A stretch of 64,000 nucleotides of DNA from Clostridium sp. CAG:411 (GCA_000437275.1 FR899730.1:45534-109533), one strand, 5' to 3'. Shown: positions 47,801 to 56,597, counted from the stretch's first letter. Numbers and translations are program-made. The notes: generated by a model not told the origin, from the letters alone.

Positions 47801-50041
47801 TGGGTTGTATTAAATGATGGAAATCCAGTGACAGAGACTTCCTTCGAAATAGGAAATTTAGCTTCTAATACAGATTACACCTTTTCTGTCAGAGCATATA
47901 ATGCAGGATGGGAAACAGGAGAGCGCGTTGTTTATGAAAGTCAGGATAAAAAAGTATCTGTAAAGACCTTAGCATATACACCGGTTACGAAAATATGGAG
48001 CAGTCATGAAAATGTAGGAATCCCGTTAAATACTACAGTTACTTTAACTTGCACATATAGCCCGAACACTGCAAATTATAATAATTTAAAAGCGTCTTTT
48101 GCGATAAAGAATAAGGCGATTGCATCTATTGAAGAAATAAAGGAAGTAGAAAAAGGAAAGTATTCCGTTACGATAAAAGGGCTTGCTTACGGAACTACTG
48201 TGTTGACATTTGCAATCAATGATGCATGGGGATTAAAGAAAGAAATTCCAATCGGAGTGTTGGCAAAGCAGTCACTTCCAGAGGAGTATATCACGGTGAC
48301 GGGTTCCGCAATAAAAGCGACCATTCATTTTAAAGGATTTGATAATGAAAAGGATTTGCTACAGGAAAAGGCGATTACCGGGTATATGATTCGAAGAACA
48401 GAATCCATTGAATTTACAGATGTAAAATATATACCAGCGGATGGTTCAAACGAATATCTCTGGGAGGATACGGACGTCATGCAGGGAAAAAAATATTCGT
48501 ATACGGTGACTCCTTGCTTGAAAGCGGAGGATGCGTATTTCCTTGGATATGGAAATGGATACCATGGCGTTACCATTCCACAGTCTGTAGAGGCAGAAAA
48601 ACTTTCCATGGAGAAAGAAATTTATGTAATACCTTTAGGAGAGAAAAAGAAAATTCATGCGAAAATAGAACCAGCAGAGGCAATGATTGATAGTTTAAAT
48701 TGGCGTTCCGAGAATGAAGGAGTTGCTACTGTTATACAGTTGCAGAAGGAACAGGCGGTTTCGGGAACTGATTATGCTACAGTAACAGGTTGTATTACTG
48801 GTGTAACAAAAATATATGCAGAATTAAAAGAAAACTCTAAATTACAGACAGCAGCTACGGTAATCATTACACCTGGAAAGGTAAAAAATGTGAAAAAGGC
48901 ATCAGATACGGATTCGGTAAGTTTGCTTTGGAATGCGGTAGATAATGCAGATGGGTATTATGTATATCGTTGGAACAAGTCAGCACGTTCCTGGGAGTTA
49001 GTTGGTGATGTGCAAGAAAATAGTTTTACGGATAAAAAGCTGGAAAGTAGCAAGATGTATCAATATAAGGTTTCGGCCTATTATCAATACAATGCCAGTA
49101 AGTATGAAGGAACGGTAAGTGAAGAGGTGATTGCAACTACAGAAGCCTTATTGGCAGACGATTTTAAGGTAAAAGCAACTGGTTATGAAGGTGTATATGA
49201 TGGTAAGCTACATCATGCAGTACAAGTTACTGGTACAAAGGAAGGAGATAGTATAAGCTATAGCGAAGATGGAAAAGTTTGGGATCGTTATGTGCCAACA
49301 GTTAAAAATGTATTGGATAGTAAGGTAATTTATGTATCTATTACAAGAGACGAAAAAAGCTATTATATGAGTGTTATATGTAGGGTATCTCCGAAATCTA
49401 TGAAGGATGCACAGTTTCGACTAGAACATACACAATATAATTGGGACGGAAAAGAACATCGTCCAAAAGTGGTGATGGATGAAAATATTGCTCCAGAAGA
49501 GTACCAGGTGACGTATCAGGGCGAATGTAAGAATGTTGGAAAAGGAATCGTCATTGTACAAGGAAAGGAAAATTATAAAGACAGTTGTATCTTAAATTAC
49601 CAAATTAAACTGATTCAGGGAAAGACATACATACATTCTGGATATAAGTATAAGATTACAAGTAAAACTACTGTTAGGATGATGGGGGCGACAAACACAC
49701 GTAAGACTACCATTCTAGTTCCTAATGTGGTTAATTTAGGTGGCACAAAGTTAAAAGTAACAGAAATTGGTGCAGCCGCCTTCAAAAAATATAAAAAACT
49801 TACTTCTATTAAAATAGGAAGTAATGTAACAAAGATTGGTGCACAGGCCTTTGCTGGAGATACGAAATTAAAGAAATGTGTATTCCTAAATGCTACCATT
49901 AAAACAGTAGGAAAAAATGCATGGAAGGGAATTAGCAAGAATGCCAGTTTCTTTGTACCAAAAAAGGGAATAAAATGTTATCAAAAGAAATTAACGAAAA
50001 AGACTGGCTTTACAAAAAAAATGAAGATTAAAAGAAATTAG
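44804..50041 (+). CDS. Giant secreted surface protein (1745 aa): signal peptide, a Pectate_lyase_3-like beta-helix, several Big_2 and FN3 domains, and a C-terminal BspA-type leucine-rich-repeat (LRR_5-like) segment
   Basis: Signal peptide ILGVCVATVLLSGKVIHA. The beta-helix start VLQYGAKADGKQEDEVAINNAI...IYMPAGEYKCAN is paralogous to the 39520 protein. Big_2-like blocks include ATVSTSGKVTRKLYGDVAVYA. FN3-like blocks include NLKVKEYTDDRVVLNWDETKKADGYYVYQWK and VKNVKKASDTDSVSLLWNAVDNADGYYVYRW. The C-terminus reads ...IGAAAFKKYKKLTSIKIGSNVTKIGAQAFAGDTKLKK.... I see no LPXTG motif, SLH domain or choline-binding anchor. Confidence 0.6.
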   Translation: MRQLIERIKICYILGVCVATVLLSGKVIHAAVNQQNTGTEKVAVDKTVSIADTQEYKNMDYSFMKTFQYGSVVKASKEFDTVEDMKKASIKKGSYVRTKGYYADGDNGAACYLIAEKQETGGIKLENGLYANIQPDTYTDNNGEKWVVGNVLQYGAKADGKQEDEVAINNAIKSIGTFTNEKDSTGYECERGLIYMPAGEYKCANTIRLGYSNVNLVGDGADTVLFTDNDYRDKEGYAEFFFEVWGANHTFIANFQIEAREVDLYHYMRQFVVLYSEQVYLYQVNLLIPQSTYSSYYFEDKQYSNFCCYTGNKFVTVDGCKMEQMSGTYRGANVGVLDIWSGGEENITIMNCDFYGNARDEQFGFFSKDDENASVKHINFINNTIHSVQLKYPDIIGTRTMCFSVAYADSKNVENIRIAGNHFICETDSKFMTFGTVKNCVVENNIIEVKCTYQTWSMVFDSSNENAEDILIQKNQFFLTSDYGIGKGNLTGGNLTLKENRIFSDVELAFGILGPEIHGNEIIFLKNMSKLASNANCTDNKIYLYKGLGNIGTNKRQIVNYGGDNTASYNFSGNEIYDYERVDKLVVFQSLIMLDGDLKTLNVTNNKYYMPNSRFLSSEYSESIPYKDTKGTYYKNSIFRKKSGSYGKINVLNNTFQMVELEKSDSTFTYSGNQCLAPEADLTEQLCSTVKILKDGEEVTNITATEDSVDLSAETFVVVKQDSDGNVIEEKKVSGKKIRWYTSVEKIATVSTSGKVTRKLYGDVAVYAVPLDGSGVYGKCVLHFARQKADSIAFAQKKIELQSGLKYYMEYTVLPKGATQELIWTTSDKKVATVDQNGTITAISEGNATVEGTSVENPELKARINVKVSKVTVKKISLNETVLDVDYSKIGTTKRLKVSKYIPENATNQGIKQWKSSDEEVAKVDQNGVVTFVGGGKATISAYSMDMSCAGTCKIYVHLPAVSNLKVKEYTDDRVVLNWDETKKADGYYVYQWKQSTAEWVVLNDGNPVTETSFEIGNLASNTDYTFSVRAYNAGWETGERVVYESQDKKVSVKTLAYTPVTKIWSSHENVGIPLNTTVTLTCTYSPNTANYNNLKASFAIKNKAIASIEEIKEVEKGKYSVTIKGLAYGTTVLTFAINDAWGLKKEIPIGVLAKQSLPEEYITVTGSAIKATIHFKGFDNEKDLLQEKAITGYMIRRTESIEFTDVKYIPADGSNEYLWEDTDVMQGKKYSYTVTPCLKAEDAYFLGYGNGYHGVTIPQSVEAEKLSMEKEIYVIPLGEKKKIHAKIEPAEAMIDSLNWRSENEGVATVIQLQKEQAVSGTDYATVTGCITGVTKIYAELKENSKLQTAATVIITPGKVKNVKKASDTDSVSLLWNAVDNADGYYVYRWNKSARSWELVGDVQENSFTDKKLESSKMYQYKVSAYYQYNASKYEGTVSEEVIATTEALLADDFKVKATGYEGVYDGKLHHAVQVTGTKEGDSISYSEDGKVWDRYVPTVKNVLDSKVIYVSITRDEKSYYMSVICRVSPKSMKDAQFRLEHTQYNWDGKEHRPKVVMDENIAPEEYQVTYQGECKNVGKGIVIVQGKENYKDSCILNYQIKLIQGKTYIHSGYKYKITSKTTVRMMGATNTRKTTILVPNVVNLGGTKLKVTEIGAAAFKKYKKLTSIKIGSNVTKIGAQAFAGDTKLKKCVFLNATIKTVGKNAWKGISKNASFFVPKKGIKCYQKKLTKKTGFTKKMKIKRN

Positions 50042-50062
50042 CTGTGCATTTGTGAAAAAATA

Positions 50063-50071
50063 TGATATAAT
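50063..50071 (+). promoter_or_regulatory. Extended -10 promoter (TGaTATAAT) for the second GtrB-like gene
   Basis: TGATATAAT at 50063-50071, about 60 nt upstream of the ATG at 50135. Confidence 0.3.
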
Positions 50072-50134
50072 GAGCGTTAGCGAGCTTATGCGAAATATAG
50101 TATTACATCTAAAATAGGACTAGGAGGTCTAGAG

Positions 50135-51100
50135 ATGAGCGACATTTTATATATGGTCTTGCCATGTTATAATGAAGAAGAGGTGTTACCTGAGACATCG
50201 AGACAATTAAGAGAAAAATACGAGGCATTGATTGCCGCAGATAAGATTAGCGATAAGAGTCGAATTGTATTTGTAAATGATGGTTCAAAAGATCGTACAT
50301 GGAGTATTATTCAGGAACTTCATGAACAGAATCCAATGTTTAGTGGAGTAAATTTAAGTCGAAACCGAGGACATCAGAATGCTTTATTAGCAGGACTTAT
50401 GACTGCGAAAGAGTGTGCGGATATGGTTATTTCCATGGATGCAGATTTGCAGGATGATATTGGTGTCATTGATGACATGCTGCGAGAGTATTACAATGGA
50501 AATGATATTGTATATGGAGCGAGAAGTAAGCGTGAGACAGATACCTTTTTCAAACGTTTTACAGCAGAAAGCTTCTACAAATTAACCAATGCCTTGGGTG
50601 GCGAAGTCGTATTTAACCATGCAGATTGTAGATTAATGAGCAAACGTGCATTAAATGGTTTAGAGCAGTACAAAGAAGTAAATTTATTCCTTCGTGGTAT
50701 TGTTCCAATGATCGGATATCCATCTACGGTTGTTACTTATGAGAGAAACGAAAGATTTGCAGGAGAGAGCAAGTATCCATTGAAAAAGATGTTATCATTT
50801 GCTATGGAAGGGATTACGTCTCTAAGCACAAAACCAATTCGTTTTGTCACAACTGGCGGAGTGGTATTCTTTATAGTTGCGTTAATTATGATGATTTATA
50901 CGGTAGTGCGTTACTGTATGGGAGCTACTGTTGCAGGATGGTCTAGTATCTTGATTTCTGTTTGGTTTATAGGCGGTGTTCAGATGATTGCACTGGGTGT
51001 GATCGGAGAATATATTGGAAAGATTTATATGGAGACAAAACAGCGTCCAAGATACATAGTTGAAAGATTTTTAAATGATCAGGAGTATCATGCAAAATAA
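50135..51100 (+). CDS. Polyprenyl-phosphate sugar synthase (GtrB/CsbB-like GT2), second copy
   Basis: MVLPCYNEEEVL...VFVNDGSKDRT...NRGHQNALLAGLMTAKECADMVISMDADLQDD, followed by two C-terminal TM segments. Confidence 0.75.
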   Translation: MSDILYMVLPCYNEEEVLPETSRQLREKYEALIAADKISDKSRIVFVNDGSKDRTWSIIQELHEQNPMFSGVNLSRNRGHQNALLAGLMTAKECADMVISMDADLQDDIGVIDDMLREYYNGNDIVYGARSKRETDTFFKRFTAESFYKLTNALGGEVVFNHADCRLMSKRALNGLEQYKEVNLFLRGIVPMIGYPSTVVTYERNERFAGESKYPLKKMLSFAMEGITSLSTKPIRFVTTGGVVFFIVALIMMIYTVVRYCMGATVAGWSSILISVWFIGGVQMIALGVIGEYIGKIYMETKQRPRYIVERFLNDQEYHAK

Positions 51101-51112
51101 TTAATTGAATAT

Positions 51113-51150
51113 AAAAAAGCTTGTCGTATTGTATGCGACAAGCTTTTTTG
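51113..51150. terminator. Bidirectional rho-independent terminator between converging genes
   Basis: A run of A's, then AAGCTTGTCG (51117-51126), the loop TATTGTAT, GCGACAAGCTT (51135-51145), then a run of T's. Confidence 0.8.
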
Positions 51151-51186
51151 TATGAAGGAGTTTACTGTTTACTATGGAGAGTATTT

Positions 51187-53052
51187 TTAGGAAACATTGT
51201 TTGGTCTGCATTCCTCATAGGTACATCCAACGATATGATAACTTCCAGATGTATCAATAGCACCACCACTATAATTAGAGGTACAGCGTTGAAAATGACA
51301 ATCTACAATTTTTCCTCTGGCACCGTACATAAGAATACCTCCACCACTTCTTGCATGGCAATTGATGAATTGTGAATTGGTGATATTGCCTGCATGGCAG
51401 TAAACAGCACCTTCTTGACAGTAAGAAAACACACATTCCTCTATAATAGGAAGAAAGGCATTATAAATGGCGCGACCATTTGCGGTGTTTCGGAAGATGC
51501 AACCACTGATGTGTAGTCTGGCACGAACGGCACGAAAAATGCCGTATTGTTCCATTCCATCAAATTCACAACCAGAAAAGTGGCAGTTTTTAGGGGTTTC
51601 AAAGGAAAATAAATCTCGACCTTCCAAATTCCAACCCAATGCTTTGCTACTTTTCATAATAAGCGTTCCTTTACAAAGGAGTGTATAACGTAAATAAATA
51701 GTAGCGTTTTGAATTTCCAAAATACCAAATTCGCTTACAATTACCGGGCAATCAAATATGGTAGAATAGCGTATTAAAGTTTCTTTGGAAATAATATAAT
51801 CCTTTTTACTATTGATATATTGAATGATAACATCATCCTTTGGATAGCAATGTGAGTAATCGCATTTTTCTATATTCGATCGAATCGGTCCATTATAGTA
51901 AATTGCACTTCCAAATTCTACCGCACAACAGTTATCAAAATAGCAGTTGGAAATAACGGTATGTTTGTTTGCAAAAATAGCACCACCATTATGAGAATTA
52001 CAGTTAGTGAAAGTACAGTGCTGTATTTGTGCGTTTCCATACTGAACAAAAATGGCACCGCCATTTTGAGTGGAAAAACAGTTTTTGAAGGTACAATATT
52101 GGATATGCGAAGTATCTCCATTTATCACAAGTCCAGATATGAAACTGGTATCTTTAATGGTACAATCGGTAACGGTTACGGTGCTGTGACTTGCGGACAA
52201 TAAACCACCATTATGACTACATTGAAACGTACTGTTTTTTAACGTAATGGTCGAATGGCGGTGGCAGTAAATAAATGCATGTTGAAAAAGACTGCTGTTT
52301 ACATTTTTTGAAAATTCTAACCAACTGTTTTCTATGATTAAGGTACCACCCTGTATATCAAAATTTTGTTCCACTTTTACAATTGCATTGGAAATATGTA
52401 CCGTAGTATTTTTAGGAATGACAATTGTATCATGGAAAATGCAGTTGCCGCGGAAATGATAAGTGTGATCATTTTTTATATCCTCAGGATGCACATGTTC
52501 CGTATAAGCATAATTAAGCATATAGTAAGAAAGATCTGTCATAGTGACAGGCCAGCCACTTAGCTGCATTTTATCAAAAAGAGTAAGACAATTCTGATAT
52601 TCTTTACAATATGCAGAAGAAACAAATTGAAGAATCGTGTTTCTTTCATCATTGGTAAACTCTAGTAAATCTGCAAATAAGTCCAGAGATTTTTGCTCAT
52701 TCAAAGAAATATTATATTCAGACATAGAAACATTGTACAAATCCAGAAGAAAGAAAATTTTCTTTTTTCTTGTTTCCAGTGCAGCAACGATTTCATCAAT
52801 TAGAACCTGAACGTCTTTGGAAAGATTCATAATTGTAATCGTATCTTTGGAGGATAAAGAAAAGCCTTTTGTAATCAGGCGCTCCAATTCAAAGTTACTA
52901 AAAGGATTGGCTTTGTTGTTTAAGCGTGTATGCATTAAAATAGCGGCTGCATACAAGGTTTTAAAACCAATCGGTTCCATATATAGAGGATGTTTTCTGG
53001 AAATCCAGAGGTCCTTTTTTTTATTAAATTTTGTTAGAGTACCAACACGCAT
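51187..53052 (-). CDS. Cytoplasmic (no signal peptide) protein with an N-terminal ~200-aa helical domain and a C-terminal Cys/His-rich right-handed beta-helix carrying Pmp-like GGAI repeats; function unknown
   Basis: 621 aa. Repeats include NCFSTQNGGAIFVQ, NCNSHNGGAIFANK, CHARSGGGILMYG and NYSGGAIDTSG. AAAGGAG sits 8 nt upstream. It is a tandem paralog of the 53086-54378 protein; compare LFDKMQLSGWPVTMTDLSYY with LYENFKLSGYDIPTPVLEYIF. Confidence 0.5.
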   Translation of the reverse strand: MRVGTLTKFNKKKDLWISRKHPLYMEPIGFKTLYAAAILMHTRLNNKANPFSNFELERLITKGFSLSSKDTITIMNLSKDVQVLIDEIVAALETRKKKIFFLLDLYNVSMSEYNISLNEQKSLDLFADLLEFTNDERNTILQFVSSAYCKEYQNCLTLFDKMQLSGWPVTMTDLSYYMLNYAYTEHVHPEDIKNDHTYHFRGNCIFHDTIVIPKNTTVHISNAIVKVEQNFDIQGGTLIIENSWLEFSKNVNSSLFQHAFIYCHRHSTITLKNSTFQCSHNGGLLSASHSTVTVTDCTIKDTSFISGLVINGDTSHIQYCTFKNCFSTQNGGAIFVQYGNAQIQHCTFTNCNSHNGGAIFANKHTVISNCYFDNCCAVEFGSAIYYNGPIRSNIEKCDYSHCYPKDDVIIQYINSKKDYIISKETLIRYSTIFDCPVIVSEFGILEIQNATIYLRYTLLCKGTLIMKSSKALGWNLEGRDLFSFETPKNCHFSGCEFDGMEQYGIFRAVRARLHISGCIFRNTANGRAIYNAFLPIIEECVFSYCQEGAVYCHAGNITNSQFINCHARSGGGILMYGARGKIVDCHFQRCTSNYSGGAIDTSGSYHIVGCTYEECRPNNVS

Positions 53053-53085
53053 AAAGTTACTCCTTTCTTGCGTAAAGTTATTGTG

Positions 53086-54378
53086 CTATTTTGGTATATA
53101 CATTGGATTAGGATTGGTATATACATTGAACAAGTTGCTATCTGTTGGCGTACAATTTTCAAATTTACACTGAATGACACTTTGACCATATTTCAAATTT
53201 GCAAAGTAGATAGCACCACCTAAATACTTTGCGTGGCAATCCTGAAAATTGCAGTTATATATGGTTGTATTGGCTAATGAATGGGAATGAATAGCGCCCC
53301 CATGCATATTGTGACAATTTGAAAAAGAACAGGAACCAATAAATAGCTCTTTTTTGGAAGTGTTAAGGAAGGCACCACTTTTACAATTGTCAAAGCTTGA
53401 TTTACTAATATCTGCTGAATTACCAGAAAAGTCGATTGCTGGCTTTTGAATGGTATTTTTAATATAGGAATTTCTTAATTTTAATTGTCCATTGTTTTGT
53501 TGCAAAAAAGAAGTCTGGTTATTGCAATCAATAGTGGAATGTTCAATGCGAATGTTTGGTGTATCTTCAATCGAAAGCAAATAGGGTGCATTGCATTGTT
53601 CTACAAAGAGTTCGGAATTGCGGATGATAATTTTCCCGTTTTTAATAGAAATTTTTCCATCAATTTTAACTTTTGCGTGATCTAATACGATTGTACTGCA
53701 ATTAGAAATAACCAAATTCCCGTGTATTTTCAAATTGGATTCAAACCTTTTAATAGAACCATCATCTAAGGATAAATCTTCAATTTCATTTGTTAATGAA
53801 AAGGATGGGAAAATATATTCCAAAACAGGGGTAGGAATGTCATACCCCGAGAGTTTAAAATTTTCATATAATAGAACAGCGGAATCTAATTTTGTATCAT
53901 AATAAGAAATGGTCTGTTTGTTTAGTTCATCTGTGGTTTGGTAACCAAGATTTGTAAATTCTTTTAAGAAGGAGGTCTCTGTATCTGTGAGGTTAAAAAC
54001 CTGACAGTATCCCTCAATAATATCATGACAATAGGTTGGTGAAATCAGACCGAAAAAAGAAAGTCGATATAGGTCCGCGATAAAGCAATATTGTTCTTGC
54101 TTGGTCGCAACGGTACGAAAGACTTCTGTTATTTTTAAGTCAAAATGATTTTTTACCTGTAGAGGTAATTTCTTTTGTTGTTCACTATCCAGATGTAAAC
54201 TATTTAATATAGAAGAAAAACAATCCAGAGTAGCTGGAAGTTGATCTTTGTAACCGTATACAAGTACCGCAAGTCCAAAGCAATAGATATACTTAAAGTT
54301 TGCAGAATTTTGCGCAAGAGGATGTGAGGGGGTGCTCATATCGTTTCTTTTTTGCGCTAAATATTCTAACATATTCAT
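53086..54378 (-). CDS. Paralogous cytoplasmic Cys/His-rich beta-helix protein (GGAI repeats); function unknown
   Basis: 430 aa from the ATG at 54378 (MNMLEYLAQ...), which has GGGAGG 7 nt upstream. Repeats include NCHNMHGGAIHSHS and CHAKYLGGAIYFAN. Confidence 0.5.
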   Translation of the reverse strand: MNMLEYLAQKRNDMSTPSHPLAQNSANFKYIYCFGLAVLVYGYKDQLPATLDCFSSILNSLHLDSEQQKKLPLQVKNHFDLKITEVFRTVATKQEQYCFIADLYRLSFFGLISPTYCHDIIEGYCQVFNLTDTETSFLKEFTNLGYQTTDELNKQTISYYDTKLDSAVLLYENFKLSGYDIPTPVLEYIFPSFSLTNEIEDLSLDDGSIKRFESNLKIHGNLVISNCSTIVLDHAKVKIDGKISIKNGKIIIRNSELFVEQCNAPYLLSIEDTPNIRIEHSTIDCNNQTSFLQQNNGQLKLRNSYIKNTIQKPAIDFSGNSADISKSSFDNCKSGAFLNTSKKELFIGSCSFSNCHNMHGGAIHSHSLANTTIYNCNFQDCHAKYLGGAIYFANLKYGQSVIQCKFENCTPTDSNLFNVYTNPNPMYIPK

Positions 54379-54642
54379 TTTGTTGCCTCCCAAATTATAA
54401 AATACACTATATGATGCCTAAAAAGGCTAATACTCATTATATTATATATCGTACCGATTTTTGATATTAGATAGTGCAAATAAAAAAATAATTCAAATGT
54501 GTAGTATTAATAATAGAAGAAAGTAAAAGAAGTCAGCATAAAAAAGGGATATGGTTGACAAGCTTTTGTTTATTCAGTACATTGTAATAAGAAATAGAAT
54601 AGAAAGCTATTATATAGAAGAAAAATTTTAGGAGGACGAAAA

Positions 54643-55434
54643 ATGGAATTTAGGCCATGTATTGATATTCATAACGGAAAGGTAAAGCAAATTGTTGGAG
54701 GAAGTTTAAAAGATCAGGGAAATCAAGCAAAAGAGAATTTTGTGTCAGAGCAGGATGGAGCCTTTTATGCAAATATGTACCGAAAAGATAGATTAAAAGG
54801 TGGACATATTATTTTATTAAATCCCGTAGGCAGTGAGTATTATGAAGCGGATGTGGAACAGGCAAAGCTTGCATTGTCCGTATATCCAGGGGGCTTGCAG
54901 GTTGGTGGTGGTATTACTGATGCCAATGCAGCTTATTTCTTGGAGCAGGGAGCTTCTCATGTTGTAGTTACCTCATTTGTATTTAAAGATGGGAAGATTA
55001 ATTATAAGAATTTAGAAAGTCTTGTAAAAGAAGTGGGAAGGGAACATCTTGTTTTAGATTTGAGTTGTAGAAAACGCATTTCAGAGCAGGGGGAGGAACA
55101 GTATTTTGTTGTAACGGATCGATGGCAAAAGTTTACAGATATGATTCTGGAGAAAAAGGCGTTAAAAGAGTTGTCGTCGTATTGCGATGAATTCCTGATT
55201 CATGCGGTTGATGTAGAAGGAAAAGCCAATGGAGTTGAGAAAAATCTAGTATCTATTTTGTCGAAAAGTGAGGAAAATACCATTACATATGCAGGTGGAG
55301 TGGGTTCTTTTTCTGATTTAGAGGAATTAAAACAATTGGGAAAAAATAGAATTAATGTAACAATTGGTAGTGCTTTAGACCTATTTGGCGGTACTATGGA
55401 TTATGCAAAAGTTCTAAAAAAGTGCCGTGAATAA
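54643..55434 (+). CDS. hisA: 1-(5-phosphoribosyl)-5-[(5-phosphoribosylamino)methylideneamino]imidazole-4-carboxamide isomerase of the eukaryotic/His6 type (HisA-like), not in a his operon
   Basis: MEFRPCIDIHNGKVKQIVGGSL... and ...VTIGSALDLFGG closely parallel yeast His6 ([20 protein letters not shown]... and ...LTFGSSLDIFGG). The fold is a (beta/alpha)8 barrel. Confidence 0.65.
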   Translation: MEFRPCIDIHNGKVKQIVGGSLKDQGNQAKENFVSEQDGAFYANMYRKDRLKGGHIILLNPVGSEYYEADVEQAKLALSVYPGGLQVGGGITDANAAYFLEQGASHVVVTSFVFKDGKINYKNLESLVKEVGREHLVLDLSCRKRISEQGEEQYFVVTDRWQKFTDMILEKKALKELSSYCDEFLIHAVDVEGKANGVEKNLVSILSKSEENTITYAGGVGSFSDLEELKQLGKNRINVTIGSALDLFGGTMDYAKVLKKCRE

Positions 55435-55805
55435 CCAAAAATTACTGTGCAATATTTATGGTTGCAAAAAAAAACTTACAAACTTAACAAAAATGTTTCT
55501 TAGATTTTAAGGGGTTCACATATTAGAAAAAAATTACAGAAGATTACAATGTTAAAAATGACCGAAAAATGCGAAAAAATAAATTGAAATTTGGTTAAAA
55601 ATTACACAAAAAAATTTTGCAAATAAAAAATTGTAAAAAAATGTCTCCTGAAACAGGCTTGATTTTGACACAAACTACCGTTATACTCTAATGCGTAGTG
55701 AGCAACTGTTACTGACCAAAGGAATAAAAAGTAATTTGAAAACAGAGATGTGTGTTTTATGTTAGAGATTACATATTGCACGGAGGCAGGAAAAGGAGAT
55801 TAACT

Positions 55806-56585
55806 ATGAAACTAAATAAGATTATTACAGTCGGTTTGTTATGTGGACTTTTTTGTTTTGCAAAACAAGATATGGTCGTTGCAAATGCAGCAACTGTAGA
55901 TACAACTGTAATAAGCAACAACATGATGACACAAGAAGATGAGGCAAATCAGTTACATCAGGAAGCTGTTACAGGAACTGCGATTGATACAGTATCGCAG
56001 GGAGCAATAGCTGTAGAACCAAATGCGGTTACAAATGAAGCAATCGGAGGTTCGCAGACAGTTACTGGAGAGGCAATTTCAGATGGAAATTCTATATTGC
56101 CAGCAGCAGCTACCAAGGTTACGGAAACTACAATTACGAATAGTACAGTAAAAATGTCTGGCGTAAAAACAACAGCACGAAAGACAAAAAAGAAGTACAC
56201 TGCAACAGAGTTGAAACTTATGTCTTGTATTATTTACTGTGAAGCTGGTTGTGAACCATATGCAGGAAAAAAGGCAGTGGGTATTGTAGTTATGAACAGA
56301 AAACGTTCTAGTTCATTCCCAAACACTATCAAAGGTGTAATTTACCAGAAGCATCAATTTGGACCGGCATCAAATGGTTCATTAAAGCGCGCACTACAAA
56401 GATATGAGTCGGGTAAATTTAATTCCGCAACAGAAAAAGCTTGTATTAAAGCAGCTAAAGCTACACTAAATGGAGATAAAATGGTCAAGTACAATAATAG
56501 AAGTTATAACATGAAAAATTATTACTTCTTTAGTAGGAGAGTAGCGGGAGCAAGATTGACGATTAGACATCATCAGTTTAAATAA
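55806..56585 (+). CDS. Secreted cell-wall hydrolase with a SleB/CwlJ-like (Hydrolase_2) C-terminal domain
   Basis: Signal peptide MKLNKIITVGLLCGLFCFAKQDMVVANA. The C-terminal domain reads IIYCEAGCEPYAGKKAVGIVVMNRKRSSSFPNTIKGVIYQKHQFGP. I put the start at the ATG at 55806, which has an AGGAGA RBS. Confidence 0.6.
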   Translation: MKLNKIITVGLLCGLFCFAKQDMVVANAATVDTTVISNNMMTQEDEANQLHQEAVTGTAIDTVSQGAIAVEPNAVTNEAIGGSQTVTGEAISDGNSILPAAATKVTETTITNSTVKMSGVKTTARKTKKKYTATELKLMSCIIYCEAGCEPYAGKKAVGIVVMNRKRSSSFPNTIKGVIYQKHQFGPASNGSLKRALQRYESGKFNSATEKACIKAAKATLNGDKMVKYNNRSYNMKNYYFFSRRVAGARLTIRHHQFK

Positions 56586-56597
56586 GATTTAGAATAG

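Noticed and set aside
55663-55805. Possible c-di-AMP (ydaO) or other riboswitch upstream of the SleB-like hydrolase gene
   Set aside because: The ~130-nt leader lacks the ydaO and GEMM conserved blocks. I see only a plausible TTGATT-N17-TATACT promoter.
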